From positions 320,001 through 384,000 of the forward strand of contig CAVUZH010000019.1 of the NCBI GenBank assembly GCA_963745835.1: a DNA stretch of 64,000 bases. The letters are read 5' to 3'. Below, in pieces: positions 33,325-44,047 of this stretch (position 1 is the first letter of the stretch; every line of letters starts with the position of its first letter). The position numbers were made by a program, and so were the translations under genes. The notes beneath the pieces are model-generated. The model ran no database searches, was not told where the DNA came from, and was given only the letters and a program-made list of their open reading frames with translations. This stretch comes from an uncultured delta proteobacterium. GTDB lineage: Bacteria > Desulfobacterota > Binatia > UBA9968.

Positions 33325-33395
33325 GGTGAACCTCCAGGCGCTCGTGGAACTGATTAATCCCTCTCATATAGCCAATAAGAGGGGGGGATTCAACC

Positions 33396-33671
33396 TTACT
33401 CGTTCTCGTTGAACCTTTTGTCGATTAGCCTCTCGATCGCTTTGACCGCTTGTTCAGCGTCCTGACCAGCCGCTTCCACTTCGATGGTGCTTCCCTGGGT
33501 CGCCGCCAACATAAGCACGCCCATGATGCTGCGGCCGTCGGCTGATTGACCGTCTTTCGAGATAGTGACTTGGGCTGAAAAGCGGTTGACGGTTTGAACC
33601 AGCAGCGCTGCGGCCCGCGCATGAACCCCGAGTTTATTTTTGATTTCCATTTTTTTAACGACCTTGACCAT
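33396..33671 (-). CDS. ptsH: HPr family phosphocarrier
   Basis: NKLGVHARAA (His15), DGRSIMGVLML (Ser46). Confidence 0.95.
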   Translation of the reverse strand: MVKVVKKMEIKNKLGVHARAAALLVQTVNRFSAQVTISKDGQSADGRSIMGVLMLAATQGSTIEVEAAGQDAEQAVKAIERLIDKRFNENE

Positions 33672-33674
33672 GGA

Positions 33675-34541
33675 TCATTTTTCGATGTCGCGATGTTTGA
33701 CATGAATGCGGAATTTGCCGCCATTCAGTCTTTTATGTAACTCTTCCACTAAAACCACCGAACGATGACGCCCGCCGGTGCAGCCAAGGGCGACTGTCAA
33801 ACTGCTCTTCCCTTCGCGCTCGTAAAGCGGCAAGGTAAACTCCAGCAAGGAATACAGCCGATCGAGAAAAATCCGGGTTTCTTCATTCTTCAGGACGTAT
33901 TCTTCCACCTCGCGCTCCAAGCCGTCATGAGCGCGCAATTCACTGACAAAGTACGGATTGGGCAAGAAGCGAACGTCCAGGATCATATCGGTGTCATGGG
34001 GAATGCCGTACTTGTACCCGAACGACGTCAGAAAAACGTTCATGCTGCGGGAATACGGCGACTGGCAGAACCGTTCTTCCATCTCCCGCTTGAGCTCATG
34101 CACGTTCAGGTTGCTAGTGTCGATCACTTTGTCAGCCAGTTCACGCATTGCCTCAAGCGCCCGGCGCTCACGCGAAATCCCCTCTTGGATAGGTTCCTCG
34201 CCTGCAAGCGGATGAGGTCGCCGGGTCTCACTGAACCGCCTCAACAATACTTCATCCGAAGCGTCGAAAAAGAGCACTTGAACGTGGTGCCCGGCATTGC
34301 GCATATCGGCCAGAACCCCCGGCAACGCTTGCAGAAATTGCCCGGCTCTCAGGTCGACGCCGAGAGCGATCCGAGTGATTCCTTCGTTGTAACCGACGCA
34401 GAGATCGATAAATTTTGGGATAAGCGGCGCGGGTAAATTGTCGATGCAGAAAAAGCCGTTATCTTCCAAGGCCCGGATTGCGACACTTTTCCCGGACCCC
34501 GAGAGACCTGTGACGATGATGACTGCTAGATCATCCGTCAT
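33675..34541 (-). CDS. rapZ: RNase adapter RapZ / P-loop protein
   Basis: GLSGSGKS, DNLP, ETRRPHPL, SFGYKYG, DVRFLPNP, GCTGGRHRSV. Confidence 0.96.
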   Translation of the reverse strand: MTDDLAVIIVTGLSGSGKSVAIRALEDNGFFCIDNLPAPLIPKFIDLCVGYNEGITRIALGVDLRAGQFLQALPGVLADMRNAGHHVQVLFFDASDEVLLRRFSETRRPHPLAGEEPIQEGISRERRALEAMRELADKVIDTSNLNVHELKREMEERFCQSPYSRSMNVFLTSFGYKYGIPHDTDMILDVRFLPNPYFVSELRAHDGLEREVEEYVLKNEETRIFLDRLYSLLEFTLPLYEREGKSSLTVALGCTGGRHRSVVLVEELHKRLNGGKFRIHVKHRDIEK

Positions 34542-34547
34542 AGCAGA

Positions 34548-35009
34548 TCAAAACTTCTGATCTTCGGTTGCAATGATGTCGTAAAGATCCTGGCTGCTCC
34601 CGGCAGTCAATAGCCGGCGCCGCAAATCCGGATCCTTCAGCAAACGCGAGATTCTCGCCAGCGCCTTCAAATGATCGGCCGCTGCGTCTTGAGGGGCGAT
34701 CAAGGTAAAAAACAAATAGGTCGGTTCGCCGTCAAGGGATGCGAAATCAACTCCGTGCAAGCTGCGTGCAAACAAACCCGATATCTTTTCAACCGTCGGC
34801 AACTTGCCATGAGGGATCGCCACGCCTTCGCCGATCGCTGTGGTGCTAATCTTTTCCCGATCCTGCAAAACGCGCAACACCTGAGCAGGATCGAGGCCCG
34901 ATGGTTTATCGGCGAGCTGATTGGCCATCTCCTCGAGGACTTCCGACTTTTCTTTTCCGCTGAGGTCTGCAATGACCCGCTCGAGGGTTAAAAAATCGGT
35001 AATCTTCAC
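34548..35009 (-). CDS. ptsN: PTS IIA-like nitrogen regulatory protein
   Basis: RE..STTAIGEGVAIPH, HLKALARISR; rpoN operon context. Confidence 0.92.
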   Translation of the reverse strand: MKITDFLTLERVIADLSGKEKSEVLEEMANQLADKPSGLDPAQVLRVLQDREKISTTAIGEGVAIPHGKLPTVEKISGLFARSLHGVDFASLDGEPTYLFFTLIAPQDAAADHLKALARISRLLKDPDLRRRLLTAGSSQDLYDIIATEDQKF

Positions 35010-35323
35010 TCTGGCGGCTTTCTTCTGGGCTCGAGCTTTATCTTATCCTTTTGCTTTCGCAATTGTCGTTTCAAGTTGTCGGTCACGAGATCGATGGCTG
35101 AATAGAGATCTTCCGTTTGTTCTTTAGCATGTATGACGCCAAGGGCGTGCAGTTCCACTTCGGCTGTCTGCCGTTCTTTAGATTCAACTGAAAGAACCAC
35201 ATGAGCATCTAAAGACTGCGAAAAATATTTGCCCAGCCGATGCATTTTCTCTTCCGCGTACTGCTTCAATGCGTCCGTGGGCTGGGTGTGACGAAAGGTA
35301 ACGGAGACTTTCACGTCGCTCAT
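35006..35323 (-). CDS. hpf: Ribosome hibernation promoting factor (short HPF/RaiA)
   Basis: TFRH..TDALKQY, DLYSAID; directly after rpoN. Confidence 0.92.
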   Translation of the reverse strand: MSDVKVSVTFRHTQPTDALKQYAEEKMHRLGKYFSQSLDAHVVLSVESKERQTAEVELHALGVIHAKEQTEDLYSAIDLVTDNLKRQLRKQKDKIKLEPRRKPPE

Positions 35324-35347
35324 CGCGCTGCGCTTTCCTTTGATTTC

Positions 35348-36817
35348 TTATTTACGAAAAAACGGCTGGCGCCGCTTTGAGGAGGGAAGAATACCCATCG
35401 CTTCGCGGTACTTGGCCACGGTTCGGCGCGCTATGTCTATGGAACAATCTGATAGCAGTGCGGCTATGTGTTGATCGCTGAACGGTTTGCGCGGATCTTC
35501 GCCGGCAATGATGCCGCGGATCTTCTCTTTAACGCTCTCGCTGGCGACATCCTCTCCGTTTCCGCTTCTGAGACCGCTCTGGAAAAAAAACTTAAGCTCG
35601 AACAATCCTTGCGGCGTGTGGACGTATTTATTGGCCGTTGCACGGCTAACGGTAGATTCGTGCATATGAATATCTTCGGCGACATCACGCAGAACCATCG
35701 GCCTTAATTGGCTAACACCGTGGTCAAGGAAATCCAGCTGGAACTTGAAAATACTTTGAGTCACTCGGTAAAGGGTTTGCTGGCGCTGCTGAATGCTTTT
35801 AATCAGCCAAGTGGCGGCACGTACTTTTTCCTGGAGATACTGCCGTGCCTGCTCTTCCGCCACTCCCTCTTGCCCTACCATGCGGCGGTAAAGCGGACTC
35901 ACGCGCAACCGCGGAACGCCATCATCATTCAGATAGATGACATACTCGCCGGCGATTTTTTCGACAAAAACATCGGGTAAGACGGTGCGCACATCGTCTT
36001 GTTCAAAACCGCGCGAAGGTTTCGGTTCAAGGGATGTAATCAGATGCGCCGCATCGGCGATCTCATCGATGGTGGTCCCCAGATCACGCGCAAGCTTCTC
36101 ATACCTTTTAGACTCTAGAAAACCCAGATGATCGGAGACGATCCGAGCTGCTAAGCTGTCGCCGAGCTCGAGGTTTTGCAATTGAACCAGCAAGCACTCG
36201 CGGAGATCGCGCGCCGCGACGCCAACGGGATCGAAGAATTGAATGCGCTTTAAGACCCTTTCGGCTTCCCCCGGATCGGTTTGAGTAGCGGCGCAAATCT
36301 CGTCCACAGTCAACGCCAGGTACCCATTTTCCGAAAGGTTCTGGATGATGTATTGCCCGATCATCGACTCGCGTTCGGTAATCTTTGAAAGCCGGAGCTG
36401 CCAAAGCAGATGATCTTCGAGGGAGGTTTTTTTGGTTAGACTGTTCTCCCATGAGGGAGGTGCGTCGCCGTCCTCCGAACCGGCTTCGGCGGTTAGGGAG
36501 CCATGCATGGAGTTGGAATGGGTGTCGAGGTATTCCTGCCAATCATAGGTGCCTATTTTGTCGACCGCCGAAAGCTCCCGATTGACCACCGGCTCGGTTA
36601 GCCCAACCTCGCCGGCGTTTTCGCTTCGCGATTGATCGCTAGTCTCGCTTTCCTCGTTTGACCCCTCTTCCAGCGCAGGATTCTCCTGTAGCTCTTTTGT
36701 GACCATGTCTTCCAGTTCGACGCGTGACAGCTGCAGCAGCTTGATCGCCTGCTGCAGCTGTGGCGTCATAACCAACTGCTGGGCGAGCTTTTGAACTTGT
36801 CGAATTTCCAGAGCCAT
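35348..36817 (-). CDS. rpoN: RNA polymerase sigma-54 factor
   Basis: MTPQLQQAIKLLQL, HESTVSR, ARRTVAKYRE RpoN box. Confidence 0.98.
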   Translation of the reverse strand: MALEIRQVQKLAQQLVMTPQLQQAIKLLQLSRVELEDMVTKELQENPALEEGSNEESETSDQSRSENAGEVGLTEPVVNRELSAVDKIGTYDWQEYLDTHSNSMHGSLTAEAGSEDGDAPPSWENSLTKKTSLEDHLLWQLRLSKITERESMIGQYIIQNLSENGYLALTVDEICAATQTDPGEAERVLKRIQFFDPVGVAARDLRECLLVQLQNLELGDSLAARIVSDHLGFLESKRYEKLARDLGTTIDEIADAAHLITSLEPKPSRGFEQDDVRTVLPDVFVEKIAGEYVIYLNDDGVPRLRVSPLYRRMVGQEGVAEEQARQYLQEKVRAATWLIKSIQQRQQTLYRVTQSIFKFQLDFLDHGVSQLRPMVLRDVAEDIHMHESTVSRATANKYVHTPQGLFELKFFFQSGLRSGNGEDVASESVKEKIRGIIAGEDPRKPFSDQHIAALLSDCSIDIARRTVAKYREAMGILPSSKRRQPFFRK

Positions 36818-36818
36818 A

Positions 36819-37541
36819 CTAGAACTTAAACCCCTCCCCCAAGTAAAATTTTCTCGCCTTCGGACTCTCCGAAATGTCTTCGGGCGTCCCTTGTTCGAGG
36901 ATCGAGCCCTCATTCAAGATGTAGGCGCGATCGCAAATCCCCAGCGTCTCCCTGACATTGTGATCGGTGATCAAGATGCCGATGCCGCTTGTAATTAACT
37001 CGCGGATGATCTTTTGGATCTCCGCCACTGCGATGGGATCGACGCCGGTAAAAGGCTCATCGAGCAAGACGAACTGGGGCGACAGCACCAGCGCCCGGGC
37101 GATTTCGACTCTGCGGCGCTCGCCCCCGGAAAGAGTGAACGCTTTGTTTTTAGCCAAATGAGCTACGCCGAGCATGGTCAGCAATGTTTCACAGCGCTCT
37201 TGACGCTCGACGCTGTTGAGATCGAGGGTTTGAAGAATCGCCTGCAAATTATCTTCAACGGTCAAACGCCGAAACACCGAAGACTCCTGCGGCAGATAGC
37301 TAATGCCGGCCCGCGCTCTCTGGTATATCGGCGCGGCGGTCAAATCTTTATCGTTCAACAGCACTTTTCCCTGGTCCGGATGAACTAAGCCCACCATCAT
37401 GTGAAAGGTCGTGGTTTTACCCGCTCCGTTCGGGCCGAGCAGGCCCACCACCTCACCGCCATGAACCTCTAAATTGACTCCATTGACGACGCGGCGACCA
37501 CTATAGCTTTTCGCCACCGCCTCCGCCCTCAAAACACTCAT
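36819..37541 (-). CDS. lptB: LPS export ABC transporter ATP-binding protein
   Basis: [36 protein letters not shown]. Confidence 0.96.
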   Translation of the reverse strand: MSVLRAEAVAKSYSGRRVVNGVNLEVHGGEVVGLLGPNGAGKTTTFHMMVGLVHPDQGKVLLNDKDLTAAPIYQRARAGISYLPQESSVFRRLTVEDNLQAILQTLDLNSVERQERCETLLTMLGVAHLAKNKAFTLSGGERRRVEIARALVLSPQFVLLDEPFTGVDPIAVAEIQKIIRELITSGIGILITDHNVRETLGICDRAYILNEGSILEQGTPEDISESPKARKFYLGEGFKF

Positions 37542-38113
37542 TTTGCCGTGCTCGAGCCGGCCTCAGACTTAGCATCATCCTTCTTTTGCAATTCCTCCGG
37601 AAATATCGTCACCTGCACTCTGACTGAGTCCTTGCCTTCGGCCACAGCACGGTCTTGATCGATATAGTAGATAATACGCGAACCCGTGATTTGGCTGTTG
37701 CCTTGTCGCATCACTGGATTTCCGGTTAATGTGACGGTCTTGGCCTGGTCGTCGAATATTGCTTTATCTCCGGTTGCCATCCGATTGCCCTGCACCGCGT
37801 TTACTTTTCCGTCCGCGATGATCTGTTTGATTTGTTTCATCTCGGGATCAAACACGGCGGTCAACGTTTCGCTACGCATGGTCATTTCCGACTGGATTGT
37901 CACTACCCGGCCTTTGTAAGTGATGGTATTCTTCTTTTGATCAACTTCCATCCAATCCGAAGTGATATAGATCGGCTCCTTTTTGTTAAAATCAAAAGCG
38001 CTCTCATCACTTTTGCTTTTGCCGTCATCCCTGGATGCGCCGCGTACGGGAGCGACGATAAACCCGGCCAGCAAGATTACTGCAAGCCTAAAAGTTAAGT
38101 TCGGAGACTTCAT
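37538..38113 (-). CDS. lptA: LPS transport periplasmic protein LptA
   Basis: Signal peptide, OstA-like beta-jellyroll (PIYITSD, LTGNP), synteny. Confidence 0.88.
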   Translation of the reverse strand: MKSPNLTFRLAVILLAGFIVAPVRGASRDDGKSKSDESAFDFNKKEPIYITSDWMEVDQKKNTITYKGRVVTIQSEMTMRSETLTAVFDPEMKQIKQIIADGKVNAVQGNRMATGDKAIFDDQAKTVTLTGNPVMRQGNSQITGSRIIYYIDQDRAVAEGKDSVRVQVTIFPEELQKKDDAKSEAGSSTAK

Positions 38114-38124
38114 GATCCTCGCAG

Positions 38125-38736
38125 CTAGCTGTCGCCGGACTTAGCTTTTTGCTTAGCCAGCTTCTCGGGTTCCAATTTGGTCTTTACGTCACGAAGCAAG
38201 CGCACTTTGCTGTCTCCCAAATCAACCTCCATGCTGGAGCCTTGCAAGTCCAAGCCTTCACCACGCAACGTGGTCCGCTGCGGCATGACAATCTGTTCCT
38301 TTGCCGGCAGGTAAATCGCTTCTTGTGACTTCAGTAGATAGCCGCTGTAAGAAATCTCGATGCCGCCCTCGAGTTGCATCTTCTCTAGCTCTTTATCGTT
38401 GAGATAGACGTGAGCGATCTCAGCCGATGCTTCGGCTACCTCTCCTTTTTTATCGTAATATAGAAACCGAGGTTTCTGGATGACCGCTTGTCGCTGATCT
38501 TTATCGTAATTTGCTTCCTCGCCGCGCAGTTCCCATACCGTTCGGCCATTTTCAACTTTGGCTCGGCGAAAATCTTTGATACTGAGTGCCGACTCGGGTA
38601 ACTGATCCAATAGTTGAATAGGATTTTCTCTGATGTCGCGCAGCTTATTCGCCCAAATCTCTGCCGTGACCTTATAGCCAACCCCTCCGAGCGACGCCAA
38701 AATTGCCGCTAACAATAAGAATCGTCTTTTACGCAT
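38125..38736 (-). CDS. lptC: LPS export periplasmic protein LptC
   Basis: N-terminal TM anchor, WEL.GE.A motif, position between kdsC and lptA. Confidence 0.82.
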   Translation of the reverse strand: MRKRRFLLLAAILASLGGVGYKVTAEIWANKLRDIRENPIQLLDQLPESALSIKDFRRAKVENGRTVWELRGEEANYDKDQRQAVIQKPRFLYYDKKGEVAEASAEIAHVYLNDKELEKMQLEGGIEISYSGYLLKSQEAIYLPAKEQIVMPQRTTLRGEGLDLQGSSMEVDLGDSKVRLLRDVKTKLEPEKLAKQKAKSGDS

Positions 38737-38753
38737 TGGACAACCGAGTTACG

Positions 38754-38782
38754 AACGTACCACTCTTTGCTAATTCTGTAAA
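38754..38782 (-). promoter_or_regulatory. Putative internal sigma70 promoter for lptCAB-rpoN
   Basis: TTTACA-17 bp-TACGTT with TG extended -10. Confidence 0.5.
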
Positions 38783-38787
38783 GCAAT

Positions 38788-38803
38788 AGGCATGAAAATT
38801 GCT
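38788..38803 (+). promoter_or_regulatory. Sigma54 -24/-12-like site on the opposite strand
   Basis: AGGCATGAAAATTGCT = GG-N10-GC, close to TGGCACG-N4-TTGCW. Confidence 0.5.
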
Positions 38804-38846
38804 CAGCAATTTACAATTTCAGCAAGTTAGCGATATCATGAGCTAT

Positions 38847-39368
38847 TTAACCGGCGAAATTCCACTTATTCTGCGCCTTTAGCAATAATTCCGCGACCTC
38901 GCGAACGGCGCCTCTACCGCCCGGTCTTTCGGTCACGTAATCGACGGATCGGAATAATTCCTCCCACCCATCCTTTACCGTTACCGCCAAACCAACGCGG
39001 CGGAGGATCTCTGCATCACCGATATCATCGCCGATGTAAGCAATCTGAGTCTCCGCCAAACCTGATTGGCGCCGGATCTCTCCATACGTAGTGGCTTTAT
39101 TTTGAACTCCCTGGCGCATGATCCGAAGGCCCAGTTCTTTGGCTCGATACCGCACGGCTTTGGAATTTCGCGCGGTGATAAGACCGACCTCAATACTTGC
39201 CCGCATGAGCAAAACGATGCCTTGCCCATCGCGCACGTCGAAGTGCTTTGTTTCCACTCCTCGGTCGTCGAGGATGATGCGGCCATCGGTCAACACCCCA
39301 TCGACATCGAGCAGAAGCAATTTTATAGCTCTGGCCTTGTTTCGGACCGCTGTAGAAATGCGCTTCAC
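38847..39368 (-). CDS. kdsC: KDO 8-phosphate phosphatase
   Basis: LDVDGVLTDG, FDVRDG, YIGDD..D, GGRGAVRE. Confidence 0.95.
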   Translation of the reverse strand: MKRISTAVRNKARAIKLLLLDVDGVLTDGRIILDDRGVETKHFDVRDGQGIVLLMRASIEVGLITARNSKAVRYRAKELGLRIMRQGVQNKATTYGEIRRQSGLAETQIAYIGDDIGDAEILRRVGLAVTVKDGWEELFRSVDYVTERPGGRGAVREVAELLLKAQNKWNFAG

Positions 39369-39377
39369 GGATGGGAG

Positions 39378-40346
39378 TTAAAGGCCAGCTTTTAGGAGAT
39401 CGTGGAGATGAATCACACCCGAGGGTTTGCCATCCTCATCGAGAACAAACAGGCTGGTGATGCTGTGTTGCTCCATCAGTGCGACCGCTTCCGCGGCGAG
39501 AGAATCAGCCGCTATGTTCTTGGCATTCCGGGTCATCAGCTGTTTGGCATTGTATCTGAAGATATCACCTTTGGATTCCAAGCCACGTCGCAAGTCGCCG
39601 TCGGTGATGACTCCCGTCAGTTTCCCCGCTGCATCGACAACCCCGGTGATCCCGAGCCGCTTCGAAGTGATCTCGAAAAGAGCGTCCTTGATGGGCGTGT
39701 CTTCGCGAATCAGAGGAAGTTTATCGCCACGATGCATGAGATCTTCGACGCGCAAGAAAAGCCGTCTGCCTAAAATTCCTCCGGGGTGCCGCATCGCGAA
39801 ATCTTCTTGATTGAATCCTTTCGTCTCGAGAAGTACCACCGCTAACGCGTCGCCCATGGCCAGAGTTGCCGTGGTGCTCGCAGTGGGGGCCAAACCTAGC
39901 GGGCACGCTTCTTCTCTCACGCTGACATCGAGAACCACGTCCGCTGCCTTTGCCAGGGTTGACTCTGGATTCCCGGTCATGACGATCATCTTCAGAGCGT
40001 GCCGCTTGAAGTGGGGGATGATCTTGAGGATTTCTTCAGTTTCTCCGCTATTGGAAACGGCAAGAATGACGTCGCCCTTCATGACCATGCCTAAATCACC
40101 GTGAAGCGCATCGCTTGAATGGAGAAAAAAGGAAGGCGTACCCGTGCTCGCCAAGGTTGCCGCAATCTTGCGACAAATCAGACCCGATTTACCCATCCCG
40201 GTGACAACCACCTTGCCGTTGCATTCGCCGAGCAACTTGATGGTCTTGCAAAAATTTTCATCAAGACGATCCAGCAGAGATCGAAGTCCCTCAATCTCGA
40301 TGTTCAACACCTCTCTGGCACGGGCCAAAATGGCTTTTTGGTTCAC
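39378..40346 (-). CDS. kdsD: Arabinose-5-phosphate isomerase (KpsF/GutQ)
   Basis: GMGKSG, HGDLG, EACPLGLAPT, HPGG, CBS pair. Confidence 0.96.
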   Translation of the reverse strand: MNQKAILARAREVLNIEIEGLRSLLDRLDENFCKTIKLLGECNGKVVVTGMGKSGLICRKIAATLASTGTPSFFLHSSDALHGDLGMVMKGDVILAVSNSGETEEILKIIPHFKRHALKMIVMTGNPESTLAKAADVVLDVSVREEACPLGLAPTASTTATLAMGDALAVVLLETKGFNQEDFAMRHPGGILGRRLFLRVEDLMHRGDKLPLIREDTPIKDALFEITSKRLGITGVVDAAGKLTGVITDGDLRRGLESKGDIFRYNAKQLMTRNAKNIAADSLAAEAVALMEQHSITSLFVLDEDGKPSGVIHLHDLLKAGL

Positions 40347-41173
40347 GAAACCGAACTACCTTTCACCATCTCGTCGATCTGTTTCACGGCTCCGATTAAT
40401 TTTTCAAAATCCTTCAATTGCAAAGAGTTCGGGCCGTCACTCAAGGCCTGATCCGGGTTTTCATGAACCTCCATGAATAATGCGTCGACCCCGACAGCCA
40501 CCGCCGCGCGTGCCAATGCTGGGATATACTTGCGCTCGCCGCCGGACGCGTGACCGAGTCCGCCAGGTAGCTGCAAGCTGTGAGTGGCGTCAAAGATCAC
40601 TGGATATCCGAGCTCGCGCATCCACACCAGCGAGCGCATGTCAGAAACAAGATTGTTATACCCGAACGAAACTCCGCGCTCTGTCAACAACACCCGATCG
40701 TTCCCGGTTGAAAGTATCTTATCGACAACATTGGCGATATCCCAAGGCGCAAGAAATTGGCCTTTTTTGACGTTAACGACTTTGCCGGAATTGGCCACAG
40801 CGACGACGAAGTCGGTCTGCCGACAAAGAAACGCCGGAATCTGCAAAACGTCGGCGATCTCCTGAACCGCGGCTACCTGCGCCGATTCATGAACATCGGT
40901 TAAGACCGGCACACCGATTTTGCGTTTAACCTCAGCGAGAATCTCCAATCCACGCTCCAGTCCCGGTCCACGAAATGAACTCGCCGAAGATCGGTTCGCC
41001 TTGTCATAAGAAGACTTAAAAATGTAAGGAACACCTGCGCGATCGGCCGCTTCTTTCAGCAACGAGGCGTGCCGTAACGCGGATTCCTGGCTTTCGATGA
41101 CACAGGGCCCCGCGATGACCGCCAGTGGTCGACCGGCGCCGATTTTAAAATTGCCTATCTCAACCAGTTTCAT
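40343..41173 (-). CDS. kdsA: KDO 8-phosphate synthase
   Basis: AGPCVIE, KANRS, IPAFLCRQTD, KKGQF, DATHS. Confidence 0.97.
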   Translation of the reverse strand: MKLVEIGNFKIGAGRPLAVIAGPCVIESQESALRHASLLKEAADRAGVPYIFKSSYDKANRSSASSFRGPGLERGLEILAEVKRKIGVPVLTDVHESAQVAAVQEIADVLQIPAFLCRQTDFVVAVANSGKVVNVKKGQFLAPWDIANVVDKILSTGNDRVLLTERGVSFGYNNLVSDMRSLVWMRELGYPVIFDATHSLQLPGGLGHASGGERKYIPALARAAVAVGVDALFMEVHENPDQALSDGPNSLQLKDFEKLIGAVKQIDEMVKGSSVS

Positions 41174-41202
41174 AGTTTCGATTCAAAATGGCACAGAGAT
41201 CG

Positions 41203-42858
<1,656 letters not shown>

Positions 42859-42989
42859 TCAGTTGGCACAATCTCTAGATAATGCTCCGCTCTTCAATCT
42901 TCAGAAATCGACTCCTACGGCCTCTACGGCCTCTCGCCAGCTCGGCAACATGAAGATGAACTTCAATTCTACAGGTGCCGATGTTCCTT

Positions 42990-43763
42990 TCACTTGGTAC
43001 GGCCTCTTAGGTAACGCTCCGCTTTCTGCAAATCTTCAGGAGTATCCACTTCTACCGATCTCTCGTCGACCTCCGCGACATGAATCCGGTAACCATATGC
43101 CAACGCCCGCAGTTGTTCCAAACTTTCGATCTGCTCCAGTGCGGTCGGACGCAAGCGGGCAAACTTCAGTAGAAACTCACGCTGGTAGACGTACAAGCCC
43201 AGGTGGCGGTTGCCCCATAATCGCCTTTTTACACTAGGCCGAACTTTGCCGCCGTTCAGATCGATTCCATCGTTGCGCGAGTAAGGAATCGGTGCCCGGG
43301 AAAAATACAGAGCGAATCCTTTGCGGTCGATTACGACTTTGACAATATTCGGGTTGAGCCACTCGTCCTGATCGAAGATTGCGGTGCAAACGGTGCCCAT
43401 CGGAATTGATCGGTCACGCTTCATCGGCCGAACCGCGCGGGTGATCGTTTCTGCCTGAATAAACGGCAAATCACCCTGAACATTGACCAGGATATCCGCC
43501 CTGACTTTGCGCGCCACCTCCGCGAGCCGATCCGTTCCACTCGGATGGTCCCTGGCAGTCATAACGACTTCGCCGCCGAAATTTCTTACGGTTTCTTCGA
43601 TGCGCAGATCATCGGTGGCTACCACAACTCGGTCCAATTCTTTAGCGCGTGAGGTGCTTTCGTAAACATGCTGGATCATCGGCTTGCCGCCGATCGAGGC
43701 TAACGGCTTTCCCGGAAGACGGGTGGAACCATAGCGCGCCGGGATAATCGCCACTACTGACAT
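42990..43763 (-). CDS. kdsB: CMP-KDO synthetase
   Basis: IPARYGSTRLPGKPL, SGTDR, NVQGD, LYFSR, ESLEQLR. Confidence 0.97.
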   Translation of the reverse strand: MSVVAIIPARYGSTRLPGKPLASIGGKPMIQHVYESTSRAKELDRVVVATDDLRIEETVRNFGGEVVMTARDHPSGTDRLAEVARKVRADILVNVQGDLPFIQAETITRAVRPMKRDRSIPMGTVCTAIFDQDEWLNPNIVKVVIDRKGFALYFSRAPIPYSRNDGIDLNGGKVRPSVKRRLWGNRHLGLYVYQREFLLKFARLRPTALEQIESLEQLRALAYGYRIHVAEVDERSVEVDTPEDLQKAERYLRGRTK

Positions 43764-43826
43764 AAACGTGCGCTTCAGAAGTGTGATGACTGCGTGAGAA
43801 AGGTCAAAGTTGCGTTCTCGTCGTCG

Positions 43827-43868
43827 AAATAAAAAACCGCAATGGCTTTCAGCGAAAGCACATCACGG
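43827..43868 (-). terminator. Leader intrinsic terminator (attenuator) of the kdsB-pyrG operon
   Basis: CCGUGAUG-U-GCUUUC-GCU-GAAAGC-CAUUGCGG followed by UUUUUUAUUU, starting 7 nt after the -10 box. Confidence 0.75.
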
Positions 43869-43874
43869 AATTCA

Positions 43875-43903
43875 ATAATACGCCCAGGCTAAAAGGGTGT
43901 CAA
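43875..43903 (-). promoter_or_regulatory. Near-consensus sigma70 promoter of kdsB-pyrG
   Basis: TTGACA-17 bp-TATTAT. Confidence 0.8.
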
Positions 43904-44047
43904 TGTGATTTGCTGTAGCCGAACCATCCTACCTCGCGTCCGGCATCGAGTCGCACCAGTGGCGATCATGGTAAGCGCGGCAATCCAACTTGACTAATCA
44001 ATGTCCTCCTATGATAGGAGTGATCGGGAAGTAGGAGGACGAGCGGG

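Noticed and set aside
33325-33395. SAM riboswitch upstream of metK
   Set aside because: Gap is only about 70 nt with a small hairpin; no recognisable SAM aptamer motifs.
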